NCBI GenBank assembly: GCA_964019335.1
Contig: OZ025745.1
Span: 62,001 to 126,000 of the forward strand
Source: Diplonema japonicum
Lineage: Eukaryota > Protista > Euglenozoa: Diplonemea
Direction: 5' to 3'
Length of the DNA: 64,000 nt
Part shown: positions 24,501-34,347 of the stretch, one piece after another
Numbering within the stretch: the first letter of the stretch is position 1
Layout: each line of letters opens with the position of its first letter
Translations under genes and position numbers: made by a program
The notes under the pieces: model-generated
What the model was told of the DNA's origin: nothing
Seen by the model: the letters and a program-made list of their open reading frames with translations, nothing else
Databases searched by the model: none

Positions 24501-26887
24501 ACGATGTGACCGTCTGCGACGTGGACACTGACCGATTCTGCGGGGGCTTCGTGAGCAGCCATGTGTCTGCCAACTACCAAAGAGGCGACCTTGTGGGCAT
24601 GCATGACGACTGCTTCACTTTACATTACAAGGGCATCAGGTTAGAAAGATTCGAAGCCGACCCAGACCAGCCCGGCGATCCCTGCAATAACCTGTGGTGC
24701 GTGTGGTATCGGGGGTGCATTCTGGGTTGCTTGGGGTTTTACTCCGAAGACAAAAGAACACAATCCTCCAAGTGGCCCCTTGGCAATGACGAAGGGACAG
24801 ACGATGATATAGATGTATCAGGTCGCCGATTAAACCTTACAGCCATCACGCAACAAGTACTCGAAGTCCGTAAAAGGGTGGAGTGCCGTCTACAAGACAT
24901 GACACGAGTGTCTCCGATTGAGGGCAAATGTGGAAAGAGGCTACATATGCAGTTTGACCTTGCTGGAGGTGCAAACATCGAGGCAGCACAGGCCTTTGTA
25001 AGGGCAATCACGTTTATTCCTGTAAACAAAGTCGGTGACTACACGCGTACCATGGAACTGGAGATACAAGTAGGCATGACAGCGGGAAAGAAAGACACGG
25101 AGGGAAACGTCAGGTCAGTGGACCCTAGTCTCGTGGATCCCGCACTGTTCCAAGCGCCGCTGAAAGCTTTTATTCAAGTCAAGGTGACCCCACCGCTGAT
25201 CACTGTTTCAGGTAAGGCCTCTCTGCTGAAATACACCGAAGGGTCAGGGCCTGTGCGTCTTGCACCCTTCGAGATTGCACCAGAAAATACAACTGACGGA
25301 TACGAAGGTGGTTTTATGAGTATAGATTTGATAGAAGGGTCGTGCGAAGATGACGTGATCGGCATACGAGAAGAGGGGACTGGTATAATACTGAAGGCGC
25401 GGGAGACGTTGGACATGGTGCCGTCCTTGGCAGCATTGGCGGCTCTGGGCGACAAGTACGAAGAAGAGAAGACTGGGAAGCGGGTGAGGGCTGCTGCAGC
25501 CGACGAAGAGGAACCAAAGAAAGTGGGGCGGAAGTCGTTAACTGAAAACAAAGGACCTGGCACCGTGAGCGAGGTGTATTGCGACGGTAAGTTCATAGGC
25601 ATCCTCGCTGCGCAGAAGCGTGCGTTGTACTTGACGTTCTTGAGATCGAAATTGGAAAGGGAAAGGGTGGTTGGGAAGAAGGAAGTCATGACCATCACGC
25701 GCGCCTTGACGTACACCAACGTGTCAAAGGATCCTCAAGAGCTGACAAAGGTGGCACGGGTGACGGTGTCAGACAGCAGTCCGGTAGTCTCCCAGGCCAT
25801 CATCGAGGTGCAGATTCAACCTGTTGATGATGTGACGGACGTGTTGTTGAGGCATGAGCGTCTGCGCTACAGGCCCTGCAACATCGATGTCAAGCTCCCC
25901 TTCCTTATCGCACCCTTAGGCGATGCCATAATCGAGGACCCTGACACTGAGTATTTCGACGGTGGATACCTCTCAGCAGAGCTCATCGCCGGTCCAAGCA
26001 AAGGCGACTCCATTGGCCTCTTATCACTGCCTCAGCAGCGTGAGCAAATTCGAGTAGCGTTCGAGTCAAAAGACAGAAAAAAGAAGAAAGGCACGCTCAG
26101 GCTCATGGACAACCCTGAGAAGTATCTGTTTGAGATGAAGGAGAGCGAGAAGAAGATTGTGGCTTTGGACGGCTCGTTCACAGCACTGCTTTCGTATCCC
26201 CAGACAAAGAACTGCCGTGATGCCAATGACATACGAATTGCATTCCCAAAGGTGGGGGAACATGCCTTTAGCAAGAACGTGTTGTCCTTCCTGTTAAATT
26301 GCATCACCTTCGGCACCCCATTGAAGGAGAAGCTGAAGGAAGGCCCGCGCACCATCTTGATTAAGGTGAGCGACGGAGTGAACCCTCAAGACGGACGGGC
26401 TAAGGTCATTCTAGACGTAAGGCTGCCGTTTTTATTTCAGCCAAGCTCAGTACCTGTGACCATCACGCCTGGTGGCATGGTCGCAGCAGTAGCCCCGAAG
26501 CTGGCAGTGAACTACACAGACAATGGCCCCATCGTGAACGGCTTCTTGCAAGTGGACGTTGTCCAAGGGTTTTCGGAAGGTGACTGCTTAGTCCTGAACC
26601 TTAAGGAGAGTGGCTTCACTCTAAAAGACGGTGCTATTTATCTAAAAGCACAGAATATCGCAAACCTCACCGCAAGCACTTCACAGAGGCTTCGTTTGGA
26701 GTTCACTCCATCGTCCAGAGCAACACAGAAGGCAGTGGGAAGTATTGTGAAATCTGTGGGCATGAAGTTCTCCCAAACTTCCACCTGTCACAGGGTAGTT
26801 GTTTTCACGGGCACTGTCGACAGATTCGACAGAGTGAGTGAAGTGCAAGTCACCCTCACCCTCCCCTTGAGTTACAAGCCCCCATGA
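21509..26887 (+). CDS. Large LRR + coiled-coil protein with about six beta-rich Ig/cadherin-like repeats
   Basis: LRR-like IRCIDLSNSRITK and a long charged coiled coil. Recurring motifs F.GG.(L/I)...G....D.I and (V/L)R.(L/I)T(F/Y).N....P....R...(I/V).(V/L).D in the C-terminal two thirds. Confidence 0.75.
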   Translation: MNLPSIPHGKDGLVARLHSAQRRYKFNHERVLERLGLFFDGKETSASTASSCSFTVSAGGCKSPSSVLALEDLPQPDMRQMSTSRIRKQKAASMALSYLQPSSATASPETFAMTSRDLDAHDMYFVAMSCTNNPNIRCIDLSNSRITKAAAVVLLNIVNTTRQVVHVLLEGSSISMHSYITPVPQKFLKELQAKLEANVDKNVRLAVQQDKRETLSSGLRRRADLVVQALTTQDTERTERIAIIRMYNEVREEMYMQFRSAGERLVRLHKREIRKWEKRRKIHALGEAEEDHRQKVFLRWLHFWEPLIEKIEFRLRVCLAKGSTNASAHIMLAASEEWIEARQREKARFEEEKQCRVDIGESEMSKRKEVERQYDKQFGALRDKELLERNIEMLKVSQKLELLKSERMTRNIVTLDEGEAWTWVLKKWDIAEQHRISGLEKQRLVVMNSEGGVRDLILTEEEVLRPILHDLIRTCTGMAQAREIFSLAAVDRRTLLGKPPLLAVRVPDTKPDRYILKQHLANACAPPRVAVETAARIISELPVDWEAKVMEVEQQEAKELMKRKEEYDKQIRLHAETQEKLGTMNHSEHVQRMMQESLMSFSAEEMEHERKYIDCSLIKKRKEQILGGTLTFSCVPYKELPPLVYKQEELYPGDDSLLVSCTEIPKSRVTKTVRYPGTDMLLSAGCKSLVLHVPKYATVEQVQDMLRGCHYSTTYEGALTPLHRPIRVSVKLYYINVTDDSDPYLAEDFADELPSNILEIETTGCLSIVLCPPYLFIPPESRVCTFTEGDTVEKSVFLTDLIANDQPIINRLSGVVTVASGNGTSMVSFEGGEIVIDIQYGYTADDVIAFKSGSDAYYSDVDQLIRVKEEPVMKVLEGVLCKTTVQTTGLKEEPSNRLVLAINTPASAEVVRKVLQRLRFYNVSQDPVEGPRQIRITLKDDVGSCSMVKVSVVVEATDNPTTLGVPVTKKFYHFTASSGGIPQHLRQHIVAQNFLSFDDVTVCDVDTDRFCGGFVSSHVSANYQRGDLVGMHDDCFTLHYKGIRLERFEADPDQPGDPCNNLWCVWYRGCILGCLGFYSEDKRTQSSKWPLGNDEGTDDDIDVSGRRLNLTAITQQVLEVRKRVECRLQDMTRVSPIEGKCGKRLHMQFDLAGGANIEAAQAFVRAITFIPVNKVGDYTRTMELEIQVGMTAGKKDTEGNVRSVDPSLVDPALFQAPLKAFIQVKVTPPLITVSGKASLLKYTEGSGPVRLAPFEIAPENTTDGYEGGFMSIDLIEGSCEDDVIGIREEGTGIILKARETLDMVPSLAALAALGDKYEEEKTGKRVRAAAADEEEPKKVGRKSLTENKGPGTVSEVYCDGKFIGILAAQKRALYLTFLRSKLERERVVGKKEVMTITRALTYTNVSKDPQELTKVARVTVSDSSPVVSQAIIEVQIQPVDDVTDVLLRHERLRYRPCNIDVKLPFLIAPLGDAIIEDPDTEYFDGGYLSAELIAGPSKGDSIGLLSLPQQREQIRVAFESKDRKKKKGTLRLMDNPEKYLFEMKESEKKIVALDGSFTALLSYPQTKNCRDANDIRIAFPKVGEHAFSKNVLSFLLNCITFGTPLKEKLKEGPRTILIKVSDGVNPQDGRAKVILDVRLPFLFQPSSVPVTITPGGMVAAVAPKLAVNYTDNGPIVNGFLQVDVVQGFSEGDCLVLNLKESGFTLKDGAIYLKAQNIANLTASTSQRLRLEFTPSSRATQKAVGSIVKSVGMKFSQTSTCHRVVVFTGTVDRFDRVSEVQVTLTLPLSYKPP

Positions 26888-27006
26888 GTGTCTCACTGAG
26901 TGTTTTCCAACACGCGGGTCAATATCATTTTGGATGCTCTGCATCGTACTCTTTGGATTTTCAGGTTTCCCTTGGCGCACATTATCTACCATCCACCACA
27001 GGCAAC

Positions 27007-28233
27007 ATGGTTGTGCAGCCAGTATTCTGTAACGGGCGGAGTAATATCAAGGATGTTGCTACATTTTATAATGATGCGCTGCTGAAGGAAGTAGTGCCCT
27101 TTTGGGAAGCTTCTGTAGACAGTGAGAATGGCGGGTACTTCACATGCTACACGCCTGATGGGTGCTATGACACAGATAAATTCATCTGGCTGCAGGCACG
27201 TCAGGTTTGGATGTTCTCGAGGCTTTGCGAGAAGGAAGGTGCCACTGAAGATAACAGGAAGAAGTGGCAGGGCATTGCGAAATCCGGAGCTGAGTTCTTG
27301 AAAAAGCACGGCGACGACGACAAGGGTGATGGGTACTTCAGTGTGACAAAGGAGGGGAAACCTCTTGTGGAGCCGTACAATATTTTCTCAGACTGCTTTA
27401 TGTGCATGGCCATGGCGCAGTACTATGCAGTGACGGGTGAAGACTGGGCGCTGCAAGAAGCTCAGCGGAAGTTTGCACGCATTGAAGAAAGGAAGATCAA
27501 CCCTAGCGGGAGATGGAACAAACGGTGCAGTACAAGGAACTTCCAATCTTTGGCAGTGCCCATGATTGACGTCAACCTTTCCATCGAGGTGTGCAACGCC
27601 CTGAAGCTTGAGGGAAAGGAAAAGGCTGTCCTAGAGAAGCGCATCCTCGACAACATCAAGCAGGTGATCCAGGAGCACCCTGACGCCGACGGGCTGTTGA
27701 GGGAGCAGGTTGCAGCGTGCGAAGCAGACCAGGACACGCATGAAGGGCGCCTGTTCAACCCAGGCCACTCCCTCGAATGCTGCTGGTTCCTACTACAAGC
27801 ATGCACCGAGAGGGGCATGGCCAAAGAATGCAGCATGGTTGTCGACCTTGCAAAGAATGCTCTTGAGAAGGGTTGGGATGCGGAAAAGGGAGGATTCTAT
27901 GCCTTTATGGACTTGAAGGGTAAGCCCATGCAACAGCTGGAGTTCGACCAGAAACTGTGGTGGGCACACCTTGAGGCTTTGATTTGCTGCCTGCGGTGTT
28001 TCATCCACACTAAAGATGAGTATTGGTGGGGATGGTTCGAGAAAATACACGAGTACACATTCACGAAATTTTGGGACTCTACAAATGGCGGCGAGATGTG
28101 GGGGTACCTTGCCAGAGATGGATCCGTGGCACAGCCTATCAAGGGAGGCAAGTGGAAGGGCTGCTTTCATGTGCCCAGAGCGCTGTGGTTTGTAGAAGAC
28201 CTTCTCAAAAAGATCGAAGTTGAAGGTCTCTGA
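27007..28233 (+). CDS. N-acylglucosamine (GlcNAc/ManNAc) 2-epimerase, AGE/renin-binding protein family
   Basis: GGYFTC, DTDKFIWLQARQVWMFS, YNIFSDCF, NPGHSLE, DQKLWWAHLE and KGGKWKGCFHVPRAL. The likely start is ATG 27007, just after an acceptor-like CAG. Confidence 0.9.
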   Translation: MVVQPVFCNGRSNIKDVATFYNDALLKEVVPFWEASVDSENGGYFTCYTPDGCYDTDKFIWLQARQVWMFSRLCEKEGATEDNRKKWQGIAKSGAEFLKKHGDDDKGDGYFSVTKEGKPLVEPYNIFSDCFMCMAMAQYYAVTGEDWALQEAQRKFARIEERKINPSGRWNKRCSTRNFQSLAVPMIDVNLSIEVCNALKLEGKEKAVLEKRILDNIKQVIQEHPDADGLLREQVAACEADQDTHEGRLFNPGHSLECCWFLLQACTERGMAKECSMVVDLAKNALEKGWDAEKGGFYAFMDLKGKPMQQLEFDQKLWWAHLEALICCLRCFIHTKDEYWWGWFEKIHEYTFTKFWDSTNGGEMWGYLARDGSVAQPIKGGKWKGCFHVPRALWFVEDLLKKIEVEGL

Positions 28234-28502
28234 GAATTGTAATTATTCTGCATTCTCTTCGATGCACTCGCGGTTCGCGGGCTTTTTTTTCTTCCTACGT
28301 TTTACGTTTGACGAGGCATTATGCGCGTCACCCTTCTCTTTTTTATCTTTCTCCTCTTCTTATTACTGTTGCGTTACGGGAGGCCAAGTGATTACTGCTT
28401 CTCGTTACAATGTCGCTGGAGGGACCCCTCTTTGCGATGCGCGATGTTTTGTGCGTTATTTATCTGATTTCGTCTACTGACTTCATAGCATCTTAGGCTA
28501 AG

Positions 28503-29842
28503 ATGAGACCGACGTTCCTGCTTGTTGGGGTAGTGGCAGTGGTGGTTGCGCAGGAGACATGCAGCGATACAGCTGAGAAGAAGGAAGAGACAACGGAAGA
28601 CAAGGGGTGCGGCTGCAACGCAGGCAGAGGTGACGTGAAATTCAGCAAAACCTCTCAAGACGGAAAAGCAGTAAAGCAGCCGGCCGCTCAAAGGGAGGCA
28701 AGCAGCCAAGGGCTTAAGAACAGAACAGAAGAGATTTGCAGCACCGGCGAGAGGTTCTATGAAGGGTACATCAAAGGGTGCTATCACTGGTATCATGACG
28801 AGTACACAGGCATGAAGGACTGCGGTGAGGTTAAAATAGAAGGTGCTGACTTCCGAATGGGGACGGACTTCTTGGGGGATGCCAGGTTCGGGAAGGACAA
28901 CTTAGAGAAGCGATACCGCGACAACAGCATACACGGCGCTAACAGGGCAGACGCGGAGTACCCTTCGAGGCAGATGCATGTGAACACCTTCTACATCGAC
29001 AGGTGCGAGGTCACCAACGCACAGTTCAAAGACTTCGTAGACGCGACGGGCTATGTCACAGATGCACAGCTGTACAACTGGTCCTTTGTCCTCGAGCCGT
29101 TTGTTTCCCCCCGTTTGATGGAGTCCGACCCTAGTACTGTCCAGGCAGCCCCGTGGTGGCGCGCTATAGAGGGAGCGCACTGGGCACAGCCTGAAGGCCC
29201 TGGAAGTAGCATTGATGAAATCCAAGAGTGGTACGGGAAGCCGACGCCAGGAGTGCCTAACAAGCCTTCTGGCGACAGGTGGAACCATCCTGTGTCGCAC
29301 GCATCGTGGAGGGATGCTTACAACTTCTGCAGGTGGAGGGGGAAGAGGTTGCCACACGAGCGTGAGCACGAGTACGCTTTGAGGGGCGGGCTGGAGCAGA
29401 AGATATTTGCATGGGGTGATGAGCTGTACCCTGAGGGGAAACATAGGATGAACATCTGGCAGGGCGACTTGATCGAGTACATCAACACTGCAGAAGACGG
29501 GTGGAGGGGCACATCCCCCACTGCGTCATACCCCCCCAACGGTCATGGGGTTTATGATTTGACTGGCAATATATGGGAGTGGGTTAATGATGACTTTACG
29601 AAGGGGAAAAAGCAGGATGTTGCGGACCGACCCGAAACGAAAGCCCAAGACGGGACTTCGCCGCGTGTGAGCCACAAGGCGAAGAGGGGAGGAAGCCACA
29701 TGTGTCACGCTTCGTATGTAAATGAAATCCACACATCTCCGATCACAGGACTTGTAACCGCTACAGGACATCTGCGAGGAGTGGTATCGAGAGCGACAGC
29801 TCAACAGCCAACCTCGGTTTTAGGTGTGCTAGGGACGCGTAA
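28503..29842 (+). CDS. SUMF1: Formylglycine-generating enzyme (sulfatase-modifying factor 1); exons 28503-29713, 29749-29842
   Basis: Signal peptide, N-terminal CGC motif, EVTNAQF, HPVSHASWRDA and GNIWEW. Removing the 35-nt intron 29714-29748 yields GGSHMCHASTCNRYRTSARS...NLGFRCA with both catalytic Cys. Confidence 0.92.
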
Positions 29843-30002
29843 AGCTCCCGCAAACGTTTATTTCTTGAATTTTATGAAGTATTTCTGGGTAGTCTGAAGG
29901 CTCCAGTTATCTTACCCTTGGACGGGAGTGCGTATATTTATTTATCCATAACTGCGTCACTGCCGTCAGGATTAATGCATGAGCAAACTACCGTAAATTA
30001 AT

Positions 30003-31819
30003 ATGTACGAAAATGCTATTGCCCCTGGCAGTAAAGTGAGCCTAACACCTCTGGAGGCATGGAGACGACTTGTGGCGTTGGTGTACCCTGACTTTACGGA
30101 GGATGAGCTTGTGTGCTTGTCGGAAGCTACGTTGAGTAGTTTGATGCCGACGTACGGCATGCTGTCTACTGCGGAGATGGGTCAGGTAATTGCTGTGTGG
30201 CAGCAGAAGCAACCTCGTGAAGACCTTATACATGGCGCACCTGATATTGCAGAACTGCCACCTCCCTTGCAGCCCTCACGCTCGGCTACACCGCTGCTGT
30301 CACCTGCGATGCAGAGCATGGCCTTCTCCCCCTGCACATCGTGGGCGCAAGCCGATGATCTCCAAGAAGTCTGCATCCAAAAGGGACGTGATGCCCCTCT
30401 GGGGTTTGTCTTCACTCCTAACACTCTTTGCATCGAGAATTTCGTTGAGAGCTCGCCCGCTGCTCAGTACGCTTCGCGTTTCGTCGGCCACTTCCTCACA
30501 CATGTCGATGGTGAGGCTGTGAACAACGAGCGTGACGTGCGTTTTAAAACAGAAGACAAAACGTACCTCATCCTCAGGTTCAAAAGGGAAGCCCCTTTCG
30601 CTGTTGTCGACCAGACCCTTCACGAAATGTACGAGGCACCCCTCCTTCCTACGCCCTTTAGGAACGACAGTCCCGACTCCCTTCGGCAACCATTCAGCAA
30701 GCCGCGGACACCTAGGAAACGCCGCCCTGTGACCGATGGAAAAGTTGATCATCCGAAGCCCTTTGAAGTACCTCTACCGCAAAGAAAGTGCTCGCTGGGG
30801 AGACGTAAAAGGCTTTCTACTTGCAACACGGGAACGTCAAACCCGAATAATATATCGAACGAAAAAACAGAGCACCATTCTCGAGGCAAGATATGCGTTA
30901 CAAAGGAGCACGACGGCAGTGGCTATGGCGGGGGTGGGTGGTTCGCAGGGCGTGATCCTTATGAGGTGTGTTTGTCCGTCAAAACCTAATACCTAATACT
31001 TGAAACAGGAGCCCGCAGAACGCCCAGGTAAACGGGGTTACCCCTTGCGCAAATCGGGAGCGTCAGGTAACCCCAATGTTCCGTTAGAGCCGCAGATAGA
31101 GGAGAAGAAGGGGAAGGGAACGGTGACAACCTGTCTGAAAGTTACGTGCAGTGATCCAAACAGTATTGAGAACACAGAACCGTTTCCGACAGGGAGGTAC
31201 CGACCTGCAGGGCTGAAGGAGCAGGATGCGGCAGTTGGCGATCCTAATGAGATGGGAGGCCCATGGTATGCGATTACAACATTGCAATGCACACAGCGAC
31301 CCTTATGCACGTGAAATACAAACCGACGGGTACCTCGAGGGGAACACATGGATGGCGACGCTGTCGGGCAGGGTTCCCTTCAAGCAGGACCAGGCTGCGT
31401 CTTGCAACCCGAATGATACTTCTTACGAGGCCTCACCATTGTTGATGAGCCCAAGAAAAGCACCCGTGAGAGCTCCTTATGCTGGCGACCATGGTCCTCC
31501 CGGGTTATGGCCCGATGGTGGTCCAAAGGACAAGAGCAGGGGTTTGCGGAAGTTGAATGTCCCTGACCAAGGCGTCATGCATGCGCCTGATCATGGGAAG
31601 TTAAGGTGCGCGTCGCCAGCCAGGATGACCAACTGGTCTCTCTGTGACGCCGCAGCCAACGAACGTGCAAGCCAAGGCATGCGCTTCATCTCATCAGGCA
31701 AGCAAGCGAACGGTGACCTAGAATCCAAATGGTCCCAAACCGCGCGCAACGACGCGCGTAAGGTATGCAACACCCACCACTAACCACAACAGGGCTCGCG
31801 ATACGTTGTACCCAACTAG
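30003..31819 (+). CDS. PDZ-like domain protein with disordered C-terminus; exons 30003-30965, 31009-31265, 31297-31762, 31793-31819
   Basis: PDZ-like IQKGRDAPLGFVF...SSPAA...LTHVDGEAV. Three GT-AG introns (43, 31, 30 nt) join the three listed ORFs in frame. Confidence 0.65.
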
Positions 31820-31952
31820 ATAGTTTTTTAATGTTTTCTACTCCCTTTAGAATGTTGTTATCTACTTTTTTTTGCCCTCTACCTCTCCGTAGTAACATTT
31901 TCCGCTTATTCTGTTGCCAACGTGCCAACGTGATAGCCTCCCAGGACCCACG

Positions 31953-32477
31953 ATGCTGTGCTGCGGGCAGAGCACCGTTGCGCGGGAGAGCAGTGAATCT
32001 GATGTGTATATAAATATCTATGACATGACGTCTTTCAATGCAGTAATAGGGACGCTGGGGATGGGGGCGCACCACACTGGGGTACAGGTGTTCAATGGAG
32101 AGTACTGCTTTGGGCGTGGTGGCACTGACGATACAGGGGTCTACAGCATACCCCCAAAAACATGCGAAGGGCACATATACAGAGAGACTATGTTCATGGG
32201 GAAAACATCCTTGACGAAGAAAGAGGTCAACGGCCTCATCAGACAAATGAAGCGGGAGTACATGTCTGCATCGTACCACATAGTGCGATGCAACTGCAAT
32301 GACTTCAGTATGGAACTCACGAAGAGGCTGCTTGGTAGAGATCAAACAACCTCGTTCCCATCGTGGATCAACCGACCATCTAAATCAGCCTTGTGGCTTC
32401 TGCCTTCTAAGCTGGTCGACAGGTTTGATTTCGAAATACTGAAGTGGAACAAGCAAGTTGAGGCGCAATCTGATTAG
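31953..32477 (+). CDS. PPPDE/DeSI family isopeptidase (DESI2-like)
   Basis: VYINIYD, GAHHTGVQVFNGEYCFG, YHIVRCNCNDFS and FPSWINR, with catalytic His and Cys present. N-terminal MLCCG is a possible acylation site. Confidence 0.9.
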   Translation: MLCCGQSTVARESSESDVYINIYDMTSFNAVIGTLGMGAHHTGVQVFNGEYCFGRGGTDDTGVYSIPPKTCEGHIYRETMFMGKTSLTKKEVNGLIRQMKREYMSASYHIVRCNCNDFSMELTKRLLGRDQTTSFPSWINRPSKSALWLLPSKLVDRFDFEILKWNKQVEAQSD

Positions 32478-32582
32478 TTATGTCGAGTTTAATTTAGTTA
32501 CGGAAGCCTTTACTATTTCTTTGTTAGTAGTTGCTAACTACTCATAATTGTGCATTTTTATTGTCTTCTCGCAGGTGCCAAG

Positions 32583-34274
32583 ATGCTTAAAATGAAATCA
32601 CAAATCGTGCGCAGGTGGTGCACAACGATGGCTGGCTTGCACACTGAGATCACAAGACTGAGGGCTGCACTTCAGGAAAAAGAGGCACTCCTGAAATCAG
32701 TCGAGCAAGAGCATCCTTCTGAGGCACCACCGGCAGGAGAGCCATTCTTCAGCGTGCCTGATTGCAACCATATGTTTTGCACGAGTCCCCTAGTGCAGTC
32801 GCAGGGCTTCACAAATACGAAATGGTGCAACATCGCGGACTTATCACCTGTGATGGAAGGAGAGACTGTCAATGTACGTGCACGGATCAGCACGTTGAGG
32901 GCTGGAAAAGTCGTTTTCATGGTTCTCAGGCAGAAGACGCACACCCTGCAAGGAGTGTTGAAGGTCGATGTTGAGCAGGGAATTGACAAGGATTGTCTGA
33001 AGTGGGTGGCGTCTCTCCCTTCTGAGTCGATCGTGGACGTCACAGGTACTGTCGTCGTTCCCGGTAAGCCTGTCTTGGGGTGCAGCAAATCCGAGGTTGA
33101 GCTCAAGCTCTCAAAGGTGCACCTCATCTCGGCAAGTAAGCCGATCCTCCCCTTCATGGTGGCAGACGCGGCAGGTACAACTGACATCAATGTCCAGTTG
33201 CCCACCAGGCTTAATACTAGGTGGCTCGACATGCGTACTCCTGCCAACAACGCCATTTGGTCCCTGCAGTCAGCTGTTTGCAGGTACTTCCGCGAATTTC
33301 TCCAAACAGAAGCCTTCACCGAGATTCACACACCCAAAATCATATCAACGGCAAGCGAGGGTGGCTCTTCTGTCTTCAAACTGGAATACTTCAAAGGAAA
33401 GGACGCTTTCCTTGCACAGAGCCCACAACTGTACAAGCAAATGGCTCTTCAGGGCGACTTGATGAGAGTGTTTGAGATAGGTCCTCTTTTCCGAGCGGAG
33501 GACTCGAACACACACAGGCACCTGTGCGAGTTTGTAGGCCTCGATGTGGAAATGGAGATAAAAGAGCACTACTACGAGGTGCTGAACATGGCAGAAGGGC
33601 TTTTCGACTATATCTTCTCCATGCTGCGCACGCAGTGCCAGGATTGGATAGAGAAGGTTGCAGTACAGTGGGGTCATGAGCCTTTTGTCCATCAAGTGGA
33701 CGAGGCTACGATCAGCTCTTTAAAGCTGGGATGCATTGAAAGCGGGAGGGAATCGGAGGACACTTACAAGGCCAGTGTTAGCAAGCGCAACATGCTGCGC
33801 CTGTCGTACCCGTTGGCGGTAGAGCTGCTGAACACAACTTTGGAAGAAAAGATGGGGCCCTTTGAAGACCTCTCGACAACAAACGAGAAGATCTTGGGGA
33901 AGCTAGTGAAGAAGCGCTACGGTGTGGACTTCTTCATCCTTGACCAGTTTCCTCTCGAGTTGCGCCCTTTTTACACCATGCCGCACCCCACGCTTGCCGG
34001 ACGCAGCAACTCCTATGACATGTTTATCCGTGGCGAAGAGATCTCTAGCGGCGCTCAACGCGTCCACGACCCGCAGCTGCTGCTCCAGCGTGCCAAAGAC
34101 CTTGGCAGGGACATCTCGCAGATCAGTGATTACATCGACAGTTTCAAGCTAGGAGCGTGGCCCCACGGTGGCTTTGGTGTAGGCCTCGAACGCGTTGTCA
34201 TGCTCTATCTTGGTGTTCCTAATATCAGGCTGTGCTCGATGTTCCCCCGTGACCCCCAAAGGACCACGCCTTGA
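32583..34274 (+). CDS. Aspartyl-tRNA synthetase, eukaryotic/archaeal type, with short N-terminal extension
   Basis: OB-fold, TRLNTRWLDMRT, LAQSPQLYKQ, FRAEDSNTHRHLCEF, EISSGAQRVH, GGFGVGLER and FPRDP. Confidence 0.95.
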   Translation: MLKMKSQIVRRWCTTMAGLHTEITRLRAALQEKEALLKSVEQEHPSEAPPAGEPFFSVPDCNHMFCTSPLVQSQGFTNTKWCNIADLSPVMEGETVNVRARISTLRAGKVVFMVLRQKTHTLQGVLKVDVEQGIDKDCLKWVASLPSESIVDVTGTVVVPGKPVLGCSKSEVELKLSKVHLISASKPILPFMVADAAGTTDINVQLPTRLNTRWLDMRTPANNAIWSLQSAVCRYFREFLQTEAFTEIHTPKIISTASEGGSSVFKLEYFKGKDAFLAQSPQLYKQMALQGDLMRVFEIGPLFRAEDSNTHRHLCEFVGLDVEMEIKEHYYEVLNMAEGLFDYIFSMLRTQCQDWIEKVAVQWGHEPFVHQVDEATISSLKLGCIESGRESEDTYKASVSKRNMLRLSYPLAVELLNTTLEEKMGPFEDLSTTNEKILGKLVKKRYGVDFFILDQFPLELRPFYTMPHPTLAGRSNSYDMFIRGEEISSGAQRVHDPQLLLQRAKDLGRDISQISDYIDSFKLGAWPHGGFGVGLERVVMLYLGVPNIRLCSMFPRDPQRTTP

Positions 34275-34347
34275 GTTAAAACTAAGAGGGTTTATGATAT
34301 GATTTTTTCTTTTGGTAATTATTGACCAATCACCGTTACAGACAAAC

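Noticed and set aside
26884-27006. Bacterial-style ATGA overlap / translational coupling between the 1793-aa gene and AGE
   Set aside because: The first 41 codons look like intergenic sequence. Family similarity starts after ATG 27007, which follows an acceptor-like CAG.
7021-31819. Stop-codon reassignment, selenocysteine or programmed frameshifting to explain broken ORFs
   Set aside because: Every break in these host genes is explained by a short GT-AG intron that restores frame and conserved motifs.
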